Source: a virus (taxonomy: Duplodnaviria; Caudoviricetes). Taken from it: DNA of 59,633 nt. The position numbers were made by a program, and so were the translations under genes. Location of the stretch: IMG/VR virus record IMGVR_UViG_3300023184_000136, positions 1-59,633 of that record, one strand, 5' to 3'. This document shows positions 11,325 through 20,768 of the stretch, piece by piece. The notes under the pieces are model-generated. The model made no database searches. It was given only the letters and a program-made list of their open reading frames with translations, and was not told the origin of the DNA. Every line of letters begins with the position of its first letter. Within the stretch, counting starts at the first letter, position 1.

Positions 11325-11564
11325 ATGCAAGATTTACAAAGACCTAAAATTAATCTAAGAGATTGTCCGACTATCAAATGTGAAAGTTGTGGTAGTATCT
11401 ATTTTAGAGAGGTTATTTATCTTAAGAAAGTATCTAAGATAATGACGGGGGATTCTGAGGATACAACAGTACCGTTCCCAATTTATAAGTGTGACGATTG
11501 TGGTCACATAAACGAAGGATTCAATCCTTTTGAAGGTTTAAAAACTATAACAGATGGAGAATAA
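11325..11564 (+). CDS. zinc-ribbon protein
   Basis: CESCG...CDDCGH. Confidence 0.75.
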   Translation: MQDLQRPKINLRDCPTIKCESCGSIYFREVIYLKKVSKIMTGDSEDTTVPFPIYKCDDCGHINEGFNPFEGLKTITDGE

Positions 11565-11703
11565 ATTCATGAAATTTTGGAAAAAATTCGGTCCTTACCT
11601 ATTAATTGGTACCGGTATCAGTCAATTCATAGTGTTTGAAAATTGGGCTGTAGGCTCCTTATTTATGATTTTAGGATTTATATTAATGACCGACAATGAT
11701 TAA
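11554..11703 (+). CDS. small two-TM membrane protein (49 aa, absent from ORF track)
   Basis: MENKFMKFWKKFGPYLLIGTGISQFIVFENWAVGSLFMILGFILMTDND fills the gap and overlaps both neighbours. Confidence 0.55.
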   Translation: MENKFMKFWKKFGPYLLIGTGISQFIVFENWAVGSLFMILGFILMTDND

Positions 11704-12475
11704 AAGATTAATACATTTTTCTGATTTACATATCAGATTGTTTAAGGACCACGACTTGTATCGTAGCGTCCTTGAAACAGCATTAAAGGAGTGGGAGACA
11801 CTACGACCTGACCGAATAGTATTCACAGGTGACTTGGTGCACTCCAAGAATCAAATGACACCCGAGTTGGTGGAGTTTGTTGCGTGGGTGTTAACTGAGT
11901 GTGCGAAGATTGCGAAGACCGTTGTTATCATTGGTAACCACGACTTCCTTGAAAACAACAACACTCGTCTTGATGCGTTGACTCCTGTTATTGATTCATT
12001 GAAGAACGATAACATATCTTATTATAAGAGTAGAGGTGTGTATGAGGATGAGAACATCAATTGGTGTGTCTATTCATTAATGGACCACAATATTCCTCCT
12101 GACGTTCAAAAGTCAGATAAAATAAACATAGGATTATTCCACGGACCAGTTCAAGGTTTGTATACTGACATCGGATACAAGTTTGAAGATGGATTTGATG
12201 TGAGCAAGTTCAAAGGATGCGATTTGGTTCTTTGTGGTGATATCCATAAACGACAAATATTTGATATCCCAAATGGCAAAAAGGCATATATGGTCGGTTC
12301 TACCATACAACAGAACTTCGGTGAGACAATTAGAAAACACGGCTATGGCGTATATGAAGTTGAAAAAGACGAGTATACTTTTGTGGATTTACCTAATCCT
12401 AAACCTTTTCTTTCTTTTTACATTAATTCGATTGAGTGTTTAGAGAAAGGAACTGAAAAATTGGTTAACTACTAA
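11696..12475 (+). CDS. sbcD: SbcD/Mre11-like metallophosphoesterase nuclease subunit (short)
   Basis: SDLH, GDLVH, GNHD, FHG and GDIH motifs; SbcC lies nearby. Confidence 0.88.
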   Translation: MIKRLIHFSDLHIRLFKDHDLYRSVLETALKEWETLRPDRIVFTGDLVHSKNQMTPELVEFVAWVLTECAKIAKTVVIIGNHDFLENNNTRLDALTPVIDSLKNDNISYYKSRGVYEDENINWCVYSLMDHNIPPDVQKSDKINIGLFHGPVQGLYTDIGYKFEDGFDVSKFKGCDLVLCGDIHKRQIFDIPNGKKAYMVGSTIQQNFGETIRKHGYGVYEVEKDEYTFVDLPNPKPFLSFYINSIECLEKGTEKLVNY

Positions 12476-12476
12476 A

Positions 12477-13286
12477 ATGGAAGTCAAACTTACTCTCACC
12501 AATTCCGAACATAAAGATTTAATTTCTTTCTGTAATCTGAATGATTTATTGGTAAGTCAAGTTGTCAAGGATTCCTTTACAACTGGATTCAATATCGAAA
12601 GGTATGGTCTCCTGAATGCAGGTAATGAGGTTAAAGAGAAAGAGGTTATTAAGGAAGTAATCAAGTATGTTGAGGTTCCTGTGGTAGAAGAGAAAGAGGT
12701 TATCAAGATTGAATATGTTGAAGTACCTGTTGAGAAGATTGTAACCAAAGAAGTAATAGTTGAGAAGATTGTTGAGGTAATTAAAGAGGTTCCAGTAGAC
12801 AGAGTTGTTGAAAAAATCGTTGAAATAACCAAAGAAATTCCTGTTGAAAAGGTAGTTATTAAAGAGGTGATTAAGGAGATTCCTGTTGAGAAAATTGTCA
12901 CCAAAACAGAATACGTTAGTGATGATACTCAGATAAATGAACTGTTGTTAAAAATACAAGAGTTGGAAGATACACCTCCAAAGGTAGTTGAGGTAATCAA
13001 AGAAGTACCTGTGGACAGAGTGGTGATACAGGAGAAGATAGTTGAAACTATTAAGGAAGTGGCTGTTGAGGTAATCAAAGAGGTGATAGTGGAGAAAGAA
13101 GTAGGCGGGGTGGATAAGAGTAAGTTAGATGCTCTCCAAGCTACCGTTCAAAAGATAAGAGCCGACAATCTTGAAAAGGATAGATTGATAAAAGAATATG
13201 AGAAGACAATTCAAGATATTCAAAAATTCCAAGAGAATAAACAAGCGGTTTATCTCAGCGGGTCAAACTTAAATAAAACATTATAA
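12477..13286 (+). CDS. V/E/K/I/P repeat protein (EVPVEKIV repeats) with C-terminal coiled coil
   Basis: Many VIKEVPVEKIV-type repeats. Confidence 0.75.
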   Translation: MEVKLTLTNSEHKDLISFCNLNDLLVSQVVKDSFTTGFNIERYGLLNAGNEVKEKEVIKEVIKYVEVPVVEEKEVIKIEYVEVPVEKIVTKEVIVEKIVEVIKEVPVDRVVEKIVEITKEIPVEKVVIKEVIKEIPVEKIVTKTEYVSDDTQINELLLKIQELEDTPPKVVEVIKEVPVDRVVIQEKIVETIKEVAVEVIKEVIVEKEVGGVDKSKLDALQATVQKIRADNLEKDRLIKEYEKTIQDIQKFQENKQAVYLSGSNLNKTL

Positions 13287-13486
13287 TGGGAGAAATCGAA
13301 TGGGGTAAATGTGAGATTTGTGATAACGAAGGTCAGCTACATCGCAAGTATTATATGTACGGGATTAAATGTGAATGTTGTAGTAATGAACACTTCGAAA
13401 TTGTGTGGCATTGTGGGAACTGTGAACCCAAAGACCCAGGGGTTAGAAAAATCCAATTAAGTAACGAATTAAAACACAAAATATGA
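13286..13486 (+). CDS. small Cys-rich zinc-binding protein
   Basis: CEIC, CECC, HCGNC. Confidence 0.65.
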   Translation: MGEIEWGKCEICDNEGQLHRKYYMYGIKCECCSNEHFEIVWHCGNCEPKDPGVRKIQLSNELKHKI

Positions 13487-13836
13487 TAACACAATTAATT
13501 TTATGGATGCTAATGGCTTATGGAATGAGCAATATCCTTGTTTACGGGAGCATTTTCAACGGACCAAGAAATTACATTTTCAATGAAGCTGACCATGGTG
13601 TCGGATTCCTTAATGGATTTTTTGTATTTCTTAAGGATATGTTGAAATGTATGATGTGTACTCCAACGTGGGTTGGATTCTTTTTCGGAATTTTCTTATA
13701 TTCACCTGTACACGAAATGCTCGGGGTAACAAAGATTATCTCATGGTTTTTTGATGGTATGTTGGCATCAGGTTCAGTATGGGCAATTAATTCAATAATA
13801 GAATGGTTTGAAGAGAACCGACCAAAAAAACAATAA
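13483..13836 (+). CDS. membrane protein, DUF1360-like
   Basis: Hydrophobic helices and LKCMMCTPTWVG (CxxC..W). Confidence 0.6.
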   Translation: MITQLILWMLMAYGMSNILVYGSIFNGPRNYIFNEADHGVGFLNGFFVFLKDMLKCMMCTPTWVGFFFGIFLYSPVHEMLGVTKIISWFFDGMLASGSVWAINSIIEWFEENRPKKQ

Positions 13837-13837
13837 A

Positions 13838-14005
13838 ATGGGTAAGAACGAGAAAGAACACCGCAAGAAAGTTGCGGCAAGAAACTTAAAGTTAAAGGCG
13901 GAACAAAGCGCGTTCCAAAAATTATTCAATGAGTCTATGAAGACTCAGATTGAAGAAATGAAAAAGAAAGATGCTGCGGCGTCTGGTCTTACAGTAAAAC
14001 AATAA
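13838..14005 (+). CDS. small basic hypothetical protein
   Basis: MGKNEKEHRKKVAARN...; ATG 13838 directly follows the upstream stop. Confidence 0.65.
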   Translation: MGKNEKEHRKKVAARNLKLKAEQSAFQKLFNESMKTQIEEMKKKDAAASGLTVKQ

Positions 14006-14007
14006 AA

Positions 14008-16386
14008 ATGAAATGGGATTTATTCAATCCAATTCCTGAGTATAACTACGCATATATGTCAACAAAATTAGATATATCTACTTTGGAGAACCCGAACATA
14101 CAAGTAATATGGGAGGACACTCCGGATAACTTCACACAAGAAAGAATCAAGTCTGTTAAACAATATTTTAACAAGAAGTATAGCACAACGAACGTTAATG
14201 TTATTACTAAGGTTAAGATGACTGAGGAGACACAACAGACCATCGATGTTGCTGTGAATATCATGGACAAGAACTACCAGAACGAATTGATTAAGTCTCT
14301 TCTTGAAGGTAAACAACAAGACCAATACTACGACCAAGTGATGAACATCGACCTTTCGGTTGAGAACAGAATGATGGCTAACGAGGTAGAGGTGACTCCA
14401 TTCAAGAGATGGTACATCAAGAAGATTGAGTTCAGTAACTTCTTATCCTATGGTGAGAATCAGGTTATTGACTTCGACAAGTGTGATGGTATCACCGTGG
14501 TTGAATCAGACCCTCCAAACTTTGGAGGTAAGACGGTATTGACCGTTGACTTGTTATTATTCTTATTCTTCAACACGACAACCAAGACACAGAAAGCCGA
14601 GGAAATCTTCAACAGATTCACAGACAAGAATTCGGTATCGGTTAAGGGTGACATCATCATTGATGGTGAGGAGTATATTATTGCTCGTAAGATTGAAAGA
14701 AAGAAATCTAAAGCTGGTGAATGGAATGTTAAGACTGAGTTGGACTTCTTCAAGAAGTTAGCTGATGGTCAATTGCAGAACTTTACAGGGGAGCAAAGAC
14801 GTGAGACTGAGAACTTTATCAAGACATCTATTGGAGACATGGATGACTTCCTAATGACCATTGTAACGACAGCGTCAAACCTTGAAGACTTGTTGGAGGC
14901 AAAACCTACAGCTCGTGGTCAGGTGTTGAGTAGATTCTTAGGTCTTGAATTCTTGAAGAAGAAGGAAGAGACAGGTAAAGAAATATTTGCTGAGTTCTCA
15001 AAGGGAATGATGTCCAATGTGTATAACACGGAGTCATTGAAACAGGATAATGAAACCAATAGAGAAGAGATAACAAGACTTGAAAATGAGACTGAGGAAT
15101 CAACCTTAAAGGTTCAAGACGTGGATAAGAGATTACAAAAGGGTCAGGATTATAAGGATGAGTTATTGAAGTCCAAGTTCTCTGATTTGGACCAAGAGTT
15201 GATTGTGTTGAATCCAATCAAACTTCAATCAGACATCAGTGACTTTGAGTCTAGTAGTGAAAGAATCAAAGGACAAATCAAGGATATTAAAATCGTTGAA
15301 CCTAAAGAGTTCTATCACGAAGACAAACACGATGAGGTTAAGGGTGAGTTGAAACGAGTTGCTGGTGAGTTAATCCTTGCACAGAAACAAGTTAGCGACA
15401 TCCAAGAACTTATTAAAAAATATGGAGATGGGATTCAATGTGAGCACTGTGGAATCAAATTAAGGGAAGCGGCTCTCACAAAGAAAAAGATTGATGAGTT
15501 GAAGGATTGGGAGAAGAAAGTTAAAGACCTTGATAAAGAACAAACCAAACTTGAGAAGAAAGAAGAATCATTCACTCAACTTAAGAAAGACTTTGATGAA
15601 TATGAGAGAAACAAACTAATCAAGGAGAAGTATGAACTGTCGTTGGAATCCAATGATTTGAAATTGGGACAAGCTAAAGACAAACTTAAGAGATACCAAG
15701 AGGTTCAAGATAAGATTAAGAAGAACAATGAGGTGGATGCTCAGTTGGTTAAAGCCGGTCTTCGTATTGACGAGTTGATTAATGAGAAGAGAGGGTACGA
15801 AAGAATTCAATCAAGTAATGCAACTCAAATCAAAAACCTTGAAGGTCGTATCGAGAAGAACAACGATATCATCCTCAGAATTGCTGAAGAGTTTGAACGT
15901 GAGAAGATTTATAAAATCTACGTTGATGTCTTCGGTAAGAACGGAATCAGTAAGATTATTATGAAGACAATGATGCCATTGATTAACTCTGAACTTCAGA
16001 GATTACTTCAGGACTCTTGTTTCTTCAACTTGGAGATTCGTATTAACGACAAGAACGAGGTTGACTTTATTATGATTGACAACGGAACAGGTATTGAAAA
16101 ACCAATGACCGCTGGCTCAGGGTATGAGAAAACCGTGGGAGCGTTGGCTATCAGAGCGGTACTTGCTAAGGTATGTTCACTTCCAAAACCTAATATATCA
16201 GTATATGATGAGACGTGGGGTAAGGTGTCTAACGATAATCTTGAGATGGTTGGGGACTTCTTCATGAAGTTGAAGGATTACTTTGAAAAAATATTTGTCA
16301 TATCACATAATCCTTTAATATCAAATTGGGCGGATAACGTAGTCCATATTACAAAAACCGAAAATGTATCAAAAGTCTCACAATAG
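14008..16386 (+). CDS. sbcC: SbcC/Rad50 SMC-family ATPase with N-terminal extension
   Basis: FSNFLSYG, Walker A NFGGKT, zinc hook CEHC, coiled coils, GSGYEK signature, Walker B VYDE, H-loop ISH. Confidence 0.92.
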   Translation: MKWDLFNPIPEYNYAYMSTKLDISTLENPNIQVIWEDTPDNFTQERIKSVKQYFNKKYSTTNVNVITKVKMTEETQQTIDVAVNIMDKNYQNELIKSLLEGKQQDQYYDQVMNIDLSVENRMMANEVEVTPFKRWYIKKIEFSNFLSYGENQVIDFDKCDGITVVESDPPNFGGKTVLTVDLLLFLFFNTTTKTQKAEEIFNRFTDKNSVSVKGDIIIDGEEYIIARKIERKKSKAGEWNVKTELDFFKKLADGQLQNFTGEQRRETENFIKTSIGDMDDFLMTIVTTASNLEDLLEAKPTARGQVLSRFLGLEFLKKKEETGKEIFAEFSKGMMSNVYNTESLKQDNETNREEITRLENETEESTLKVQDVDKRLQKGQDYKDELLKSKFSDLDQELIVLNPIKLQSDISDFESSSERIKGQIKDIKIVEPKEFYHEDKHDEVKGELKRVAGELILAQKQVSDIQELIKKYGDGIQCEHCGIKLREAALTKKKIDELKDWEKKVKDLDKEQTKLEKKEESFTQLKKDFDEYERNKLIKEKYELSLESNDLKLGQAKDKLKRYQEVQDKIKKNNEVDAQLVKAGLRIDELINEKRGYERIQSSNATQIKNLEGRIEKNNDIILRIAEEFEREKIYKIYVDVFGKNGISKIIMKTMMPLINSELQRLLQDSCFFNLEIRINDKNEVDFIMIDNGTGIEKPMTAGSGYEKTVGALAIRAVLAKVCSLPKPNISVYDETWGKVSNDNLEMVGDFFMKLKDYFEKIFVISHNPLISNWADNVVHITKTENVSKVSQ

Positions 16387-16397
16387 TGGGACTTTTT
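16371..16397 (+). terminator. intrinsic terminator
   Basis: AAAAGTCTCAC-aata-GTGGGACTTTTT. Confidence 0.7.
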
Positions 16398-16414
16398 CAT
16401 GTGAATAACTTTTA

Positions 16415-16446
16415 TTTGGTGGATTGAAATGGGTTCCATATCTTTG
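16415..16446 (+). promoter_or_regulatory. Bacteroidetes sigma70 promoter (TTTG-N20-TATCTTTG)
   Basis: Full -33/-7 consensus, with the same spacing as the promoters at 58255, 58563 and 58744. Confidence 0.75.
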
Positions 16447-16474
16447 TATTCACAAACAAATAAACAAATACAAT

Positions 16475-17029
16475 ATGAAAAAAATCCTTATGGTCGCAAT
16501 CGCCTTAATTGCAACGGTTTCAACTTTCGCTCAAAAACAAATCACTTACAATGAAATGAAAACTTTCAGCAAAGGAGCTTTTGAAGCTGCAGATTTTGAT
16601 TCTTATGTTGGTGCTGACGGTCATACTTATAAAATAGGTGATACATTAAAACTTGGTCGACCATCATCAAACAAAACATTTGCATTTATTGATGAAGGTA
16701 ATGTATTAGTTACCCCAACTCCAACAACTGCTAGTTCTAGTGGTACAAATTCAATTATCAAAAGAATTTATGTTGGTGGAAGTAAAAGAATGGGTTTTAG
16801 AATTTATTTTGTTGGTAAAGGGATATGTGGAATGTGTCCACAATATTACATTAATGTTGAAGAAGCTATGGCAGTTGGTGAATTAAAATCTTTCGGAATG
16901 AGTAGAGAAGATGCTATTGCAAAACTTAAAGAACAAAAAGATTTGTTAGATTTGGGGATGATTACCAAAGAACAATTTGAAAAAATTAAAACAGAACTCA
17001 CACCAATCGTGATGAAGTCATTACAATAA
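16475..17029 (+). CDS. exported protein with C-terminal SHOCT domain
   Basis: Signal peptide MKKILMVAIALIATVSTFA-Q; C-terminus LKEQKDLLDLGMITKEQFEKIK. Confidence 0.75.
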   Translation: MKKILMVAIALIATVSTFAQKQITYNEMKTFSKGAFEAADFDSYVGADGHTYKIGDTLKLGRPSSNKTFAFIDEGNVLVTPTPTTASSSGTNSIIKRIYVGGSKRMGFRIYFVGKGICGMCPQYYINVEEAMAVGELKSFGMSREDAIAKLKEQKDLLDLGMITKEQFEKIKTELTPIVMKSLQ

Positions 17030-17035
17030 GATTTG

Positions 17036-17083
17036 AACCCTCACCCTCAACGGTGGGGGTTTTTAATTACAAAGATATTTATT
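17036..17083 (+). repeat. terminator + TATTTAT promoter junction, copy 1
   Basis: AACCCTCACC-ctcaac-GGTGGGGGTTTTT, then TATTTATT at 17076. Confidence 0.7.
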
Positions 17084-17088
17084 GTGAG

Positions 17089-18270
17089 ATGAAAGAATTG
17101 ATTAGACATATATTGTACAACCATATTAACGAACAAAGAGGAGGAGGTAATAAATTAGATACTCAAAAATTCATTGAAAGGGCAAAAGAAATTCATGGAA
17201 ATAAATTTGATTATTCTAAAGTAAATTATGAGGGAATGAGAATTCCTGTTGAAATCATTTGTCCAATACATGGTAAAACAATCCAAACACCTTTGGACCA
17301 TTTAAGAGGCAGTGGATGTAGTAAATGTGGTAATGAATTAAAAAAATATATTAGACTGAAACCTGTTGAGGAGTTTTTGAAACAAGCAAAGGAAGTTCAT
17401 GGGGACAAATATGATTATTCTAAAGTTGATTATAAAAATACAGAAACTAAAGTTAAAATAATATGTCCGATACATGGAGAATTTTTACAATCACCACACA
17501 GTCATTTGGGTGGTAAGGGATGTCCTAAATGTTCAGGTAAAAATCAAACAGAGGACGATTTTATTAGAAAGGCTCAAGAAGTTCATGGAAATAAGTATGA
17601 TTATTCACAATTGAATTTCAAAAATATGTCATCTCCTGTAACAATTATCTGCCCAATTCATGGTAAATTTACTCAAAATGTTGGCCATCACTTAAATGGT
17701 CATGGATGTTTTGAATGTGGAAACGAAAAGAAAATAGAAAACAGAAGAATGTCCATTGATGATTTTGTTAAACAATCACAGGAAATTCATGGGGACAAAT
17801 ATGACTATTCAAAAACTGAAAATGTTAAATTAAACAAAGATTTAACTACAATTATATGTCCAGTACATGGGGAATTTTTACAATCTAGAAATTCACATTT
17901 AAGAGGTAGAGGATGCCCACTATGTAGAGAATCAAAAGGTGAAAAGTTAATAAATAATTTATTAAAACAAAATAGTGTAAATTTTAAGAGACAATATAGA
18001 TTTGATGATTGTACAAATAAGTTTGAAAAATTTTGTGTGAAATTACCATTTGATTTCTATTTACCCGATTTAAATGTTGCAATTGAGTATGACGGAGTCC
18101 AACATTTTGTTCCATCATTTGGCCCCCGTTCATTTGAAATTACTCAAAGAAACGATAAATTTAAAAACAATTATTGTCGTAAAAAAAATATTAAACTAAT
18201 AAGAATACCTTATACTTGGGATGCTGAAAAAGTCAAAACTCAATTAATTAAAAAATTAGGAATTAAATAG
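17089..18270 (+). CDS. putative homing endonuclease: four DUF723-like Zn repeats + C-terminal PD-(D/E)XK/Vsr-like nuclease
   Basis: 4x F..xA.E.HG.KYDYSK...IICP.HG.F.Q....HL.G.GC..C; C-terminal SKGE, LPFDFYLP, IEYDGVQHF. Confidence 0.8.
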   Translation: MKELIRHILYNHINEQRGGGNKLDTQKFIERAKEIHGNKFDYSKVNYEGMRIPVEIICPIHGKTIQTPLDHLRGSGCSKCGNELKKYIRLKPVEEFLKQAKEVHGDKYDYSKVDYKNTETKVKIICPIHGEFLQSPHSHLGGKGCPKCSGKNQTEDDFIRKAQEVHGNKYDYSQLNFKNMSSPVTIICPIHGKFTQNVGHHLNGHGCFECGNEKKIENRRMSIDDFVKQSQEIHGDKYDYSKTENVKLNKDLTTIICPVHGEFLQSRNSHLRGRGCPLCRESKGEKLINNLLKQNSVNFKRQYRFDDCTNKFEKFCVKLPFDFYLPDLNVAIEYDGVQHFVPSFGPRSFEITQRNDKFKNNYCRKKNIKLIRIPYTWDAEKVKTQLIKKLGIK

Positions 18271-18313
18271 ACCCCACCCTGTGTGGGGTTTTTTATTCTA
18301 TATGGTATTTATT
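18270..18313 (+). repeat. terminator + TATTTAT promoter junction, copy 2
   Basis: GACCCCAC-cctgt-GTGGGGTTTTTT, then TATTTATT at 18306. Confidence 0.7.
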
Positions 18314-18317
18314 GTAT

Positions 18318-18767
18318 ATGAAATTCATTATAAAAGAATCACAATATCAAAGGTTATTATTAGAGAGTAACCATATGAATTTTTATGATAATTTTCCTAC
18401 TATATTGGAAGAACTATTACAAGTTCCAGAATTTAGGGAGGATTTAAAAGAACATTCATATAATAAAAATGGTTATGTTAATTGGTGGAAGAGAGCGAAG
18501 GAAGATATGCAATTTTTAATTCGTGACAAATACTGTGGGTTATTTAAACAATTGGCTAGAAAGTATAAATTTAAATTAGATGTGGATGGGTATGGCGAAA
18601 AATATTTATGTATGACGTATGGAGGGATGTTTGGAGAAGCATTTTTTCACCAACTAAGGGGAAATAGATATGTTGGTGATGATGCACCAATAGATGATGG
18701 TCCCTATGAATATGAAGGACCCCCTTGGGTTTCTGAGTTTTTTATGAAAACATTTTACGGTAAATAA
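18318..18767 (+). CDS. hypothetical protein with N-terminal IKESQ...LLES peptide
   Basis: ORF 18312..18767; ATG 18318 preferred. Confidence 0.7.
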   Translation: MKFIIKESQYQRLLLESNHMNFYDNFPTILEELLQVPEFREDLKEHSYNKNGYVNWWKRAKEDMQFLIRDKYCGLFKQLARKYKFKLDVDGYGEKYLCMTYGGMFGEAFFHQLRGNRYVGDDAPIDDGPYEYEGPPWVSEFFMKTFYGK

Positions 18768-18773
18768 AATTAT

Positions 18774-18799
18774 GACCCCACCCACCAGTGGGGTTTTTT
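18774..18799 (+). terminator. terminator, copy 3 of the ACCCCAC/GTGGGGT family
   Basis: GACCCCAC-ccacca-GTGGGGTTTTTT. Confidence 0.75.
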
Positions 18800-18865
18800 A
18801 TTTTTATCTAGCTTGATATTGACTAGATAAATTATTAATTGTATATTTTATAAAAAGTAAAGTAT

Positions 18866-19270
18866 ATGTCACCAATTGAAAAAGTAATCAAAGAAAATCA
18901 AGAAGAGTTTATGGACATGGTAATTAAGTTTGTAAACGAAAAAACTTTGACAAAACAAAAGAAAGCACCAAAAACTATTTGTCATTTCCAAGCGTTGGGA
19001 AAAACGTATGATAGTAATATTTTTGCAAGAAACTATGAAAGTTTTTTACAAGACGTTTCTAAAATAATGGAGTATGATAAATTTAAATCAATCCTTAAAG
19101 GATTTGTTAGAGAGAGTGAGAATGATTTCTCAGAATCTCATGAAGGAAAAACATCTATGATTAAATTACATAATGGAGGTGTAGCGACTTGTTATTCAGG
19201 AACCCCAAAAAAATTGGAACACATTAAAGGACTATGCGATGTTATGGGGGTTAGTTTAATAATCAAATAA
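18866..19270 (+). CDS. hypothetical protein
   Basis: 134-aa ORF downstream of TTGACT-N17-TATATT. Confidence 0.7.
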   Translation: MSPIEKVIKENQEEFMDMVIKFVNEKTLTKQKKAPKTICHFQALGKTYDSNIFARNYESFLQDVSKIMEYDKFKSILKGFVRESENDFSESHEGKTSMIKLHNGGVATCYSGTPKKLEHIKGLCDVMGVSLIIK

Positions 19271-19324
19271 TAACAAGTAAGTTGGTTTTATAAAAATTTT
19301 TATTTACATTTCTAAAAAAGAAAT

Positions 19325-19873
19325 ATGGAATCAATTAACAATCTTAAAAAGATTATCAAAGATAATTGGGGATTAATTATTAATGATTTTAATGCACATA
19401 TTGAAGAAAAGTTTGAGCAATTTTTCTTTATGTCTTATTCGGATTATTTTAAGAATAATAAAACACAAGAAATAACTAAAATAATTTCACCTGTATTCAA
19501 TGCCATATTGTGTAAAAATTTAAAGCCTTTTGGTTTTAATAGGTGTGAAAGTGATGGTTCAGATTATGTGTTTGATAACGTTTTTATTGAAGGTAAAATC
19601 ACATTATCAAAAGATAATTCTTGGACCGGTAATGGATATAAGAAAACTAGCTGGCATTTATTAATCAAGTTAGATTTGGATGAAAATGGTATGATTCGTT
19701 ATTCATTCTGTGGTTTAGTTCCATTAGATGAGTGTATTTCAGACTGGACCAAGCCAACACTTGGTAGTAATTTTAGCTCATTAAAATTTGAAAATCAGGA
19801 CTATCAAAAAATAAATATTATTAATGGTATGATTGAAAGAAAGACTAGTCTTTTATCTATTATTTTGTTATAA
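19325..19873 (+). CDS. putative type II restriction endonuclease
   Basis: DGSDYVF...FIEGKIT (PD-(D/E)xK-like); lies directly upstream of an MTase. Confidence 0.5.
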   Translation: MESINNLKKIIKDNWGLIINDFNAHIEEKFEQFFFMSYSDYFKNNKTQEITKIISPVFNAILCKNLKPFGFNRCESDGSDYVFDNVFIEGKITLSKDNSWTGNGYKKTSWHLLIKLDLDENGMIRYSFCGLVPLDECISDWTKPTLGSNFSSLKFENQDYQKINIINGMIERKTSLLSIILL

Positions 19874-19881
19874 TTATTAAT

Positions 19882-20706
19882 ATGGAATTAAATAAAATAT
19901 ACAACGAAGACTGTCTAATAACTCTATCTAACGTACCTGATAATACTATTGACCTAACTGTAACATCACCTCCCTACGATGATTTAAGAACGTATAATAA
20001 TCATATCTCAGGTATTAAAACTGAATTTAATGGATACTCTTTTGACTTTGAAAAAATTGCAAGAGAATTGTATAGAACAACTAAAGAAGGAGGAGTAGTT
20101 GTATGGGTTGTTGGAGACGGAACAGAGAAAGGAAGTGAAACAGGAACATCATTCAAACAAGCATTATTCTTCAAAGAGATTGGATTTAATATTCATGACA
20201 CAATGATTTACATGAAGAATAATTTTTCAAATCCATCTTCAAATAGATACCATCAAATTTTTGAATACATGTTTGTTTTATCTAAGGGTAAACCAAAGAC
20301 ATTCAATTCAATTAAAGATAGAAAGAATGTTTATGGTGGTCAGGTTGGTAGTTGGGGTAAGAATACTTCTCGACAAGTGGATGGAACGATGGTAGAAAGA
20401 AAGAAAAAAATCATTGAAGAGTACGGTCAAAGATATAATGTATGGACATTTAAGACATCTAAGAACGGTCAGGAGGATGAAATAGCTTATCAACACCCTG
20501 CAATATTCCCAATTCAGTTGGTTAAGGACCATATAATGAGTTGGTCAAACCCTGGTGATTTAATTTTTGACCCGTTTATGGGTAGTGGGACAACGGCAAA
20601 AGCTGCAGTTCAAACTGAAAGGTCTTACTTGGGTAGTGAACTTTCTGAGGAGTACTATGGTATTTGTTTAAAAAGATTAGAAACGATTCAAAAAGAATTA
20701 AGATAA
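19882..20706 (+). CDS. DNA amino-methyltransferase, beta class (N4-C/N6-A)
   Basis: TSPPY precedes HPAIFP and DPFMGSGTT. Confidence 0.92.
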   Translation: MELNKIYNEDCLITLSNVPDNTIDLTVTSPPYDDLRTYNNHISGIKTEFNGYSFDFEKIARELYRTTKEGGVVVWVVGDGTEKGSETGTSFKQALFFKEIGFNIHDTMIYMKNNFSNPSSNRYHQIFEYMFVLSKGKPKTFNSIKDRKNVYGGQVGSWGKNTSRQVDGTMVERKKKIIEEYGQRYNVWTFKTSKNGQEDEIAYQHPAIFPIQLVKDHIMSWSNPGDLIFDPFMGSGTTAKAAVQTERSYLGSELSEEYYGICLKRLETIQKELR

Positions 20707-20768
20707 ATTAACAGATGCTAGTTATTACTAGTTTTTCTTAATATTGACGATATTTATTAATGAATATC

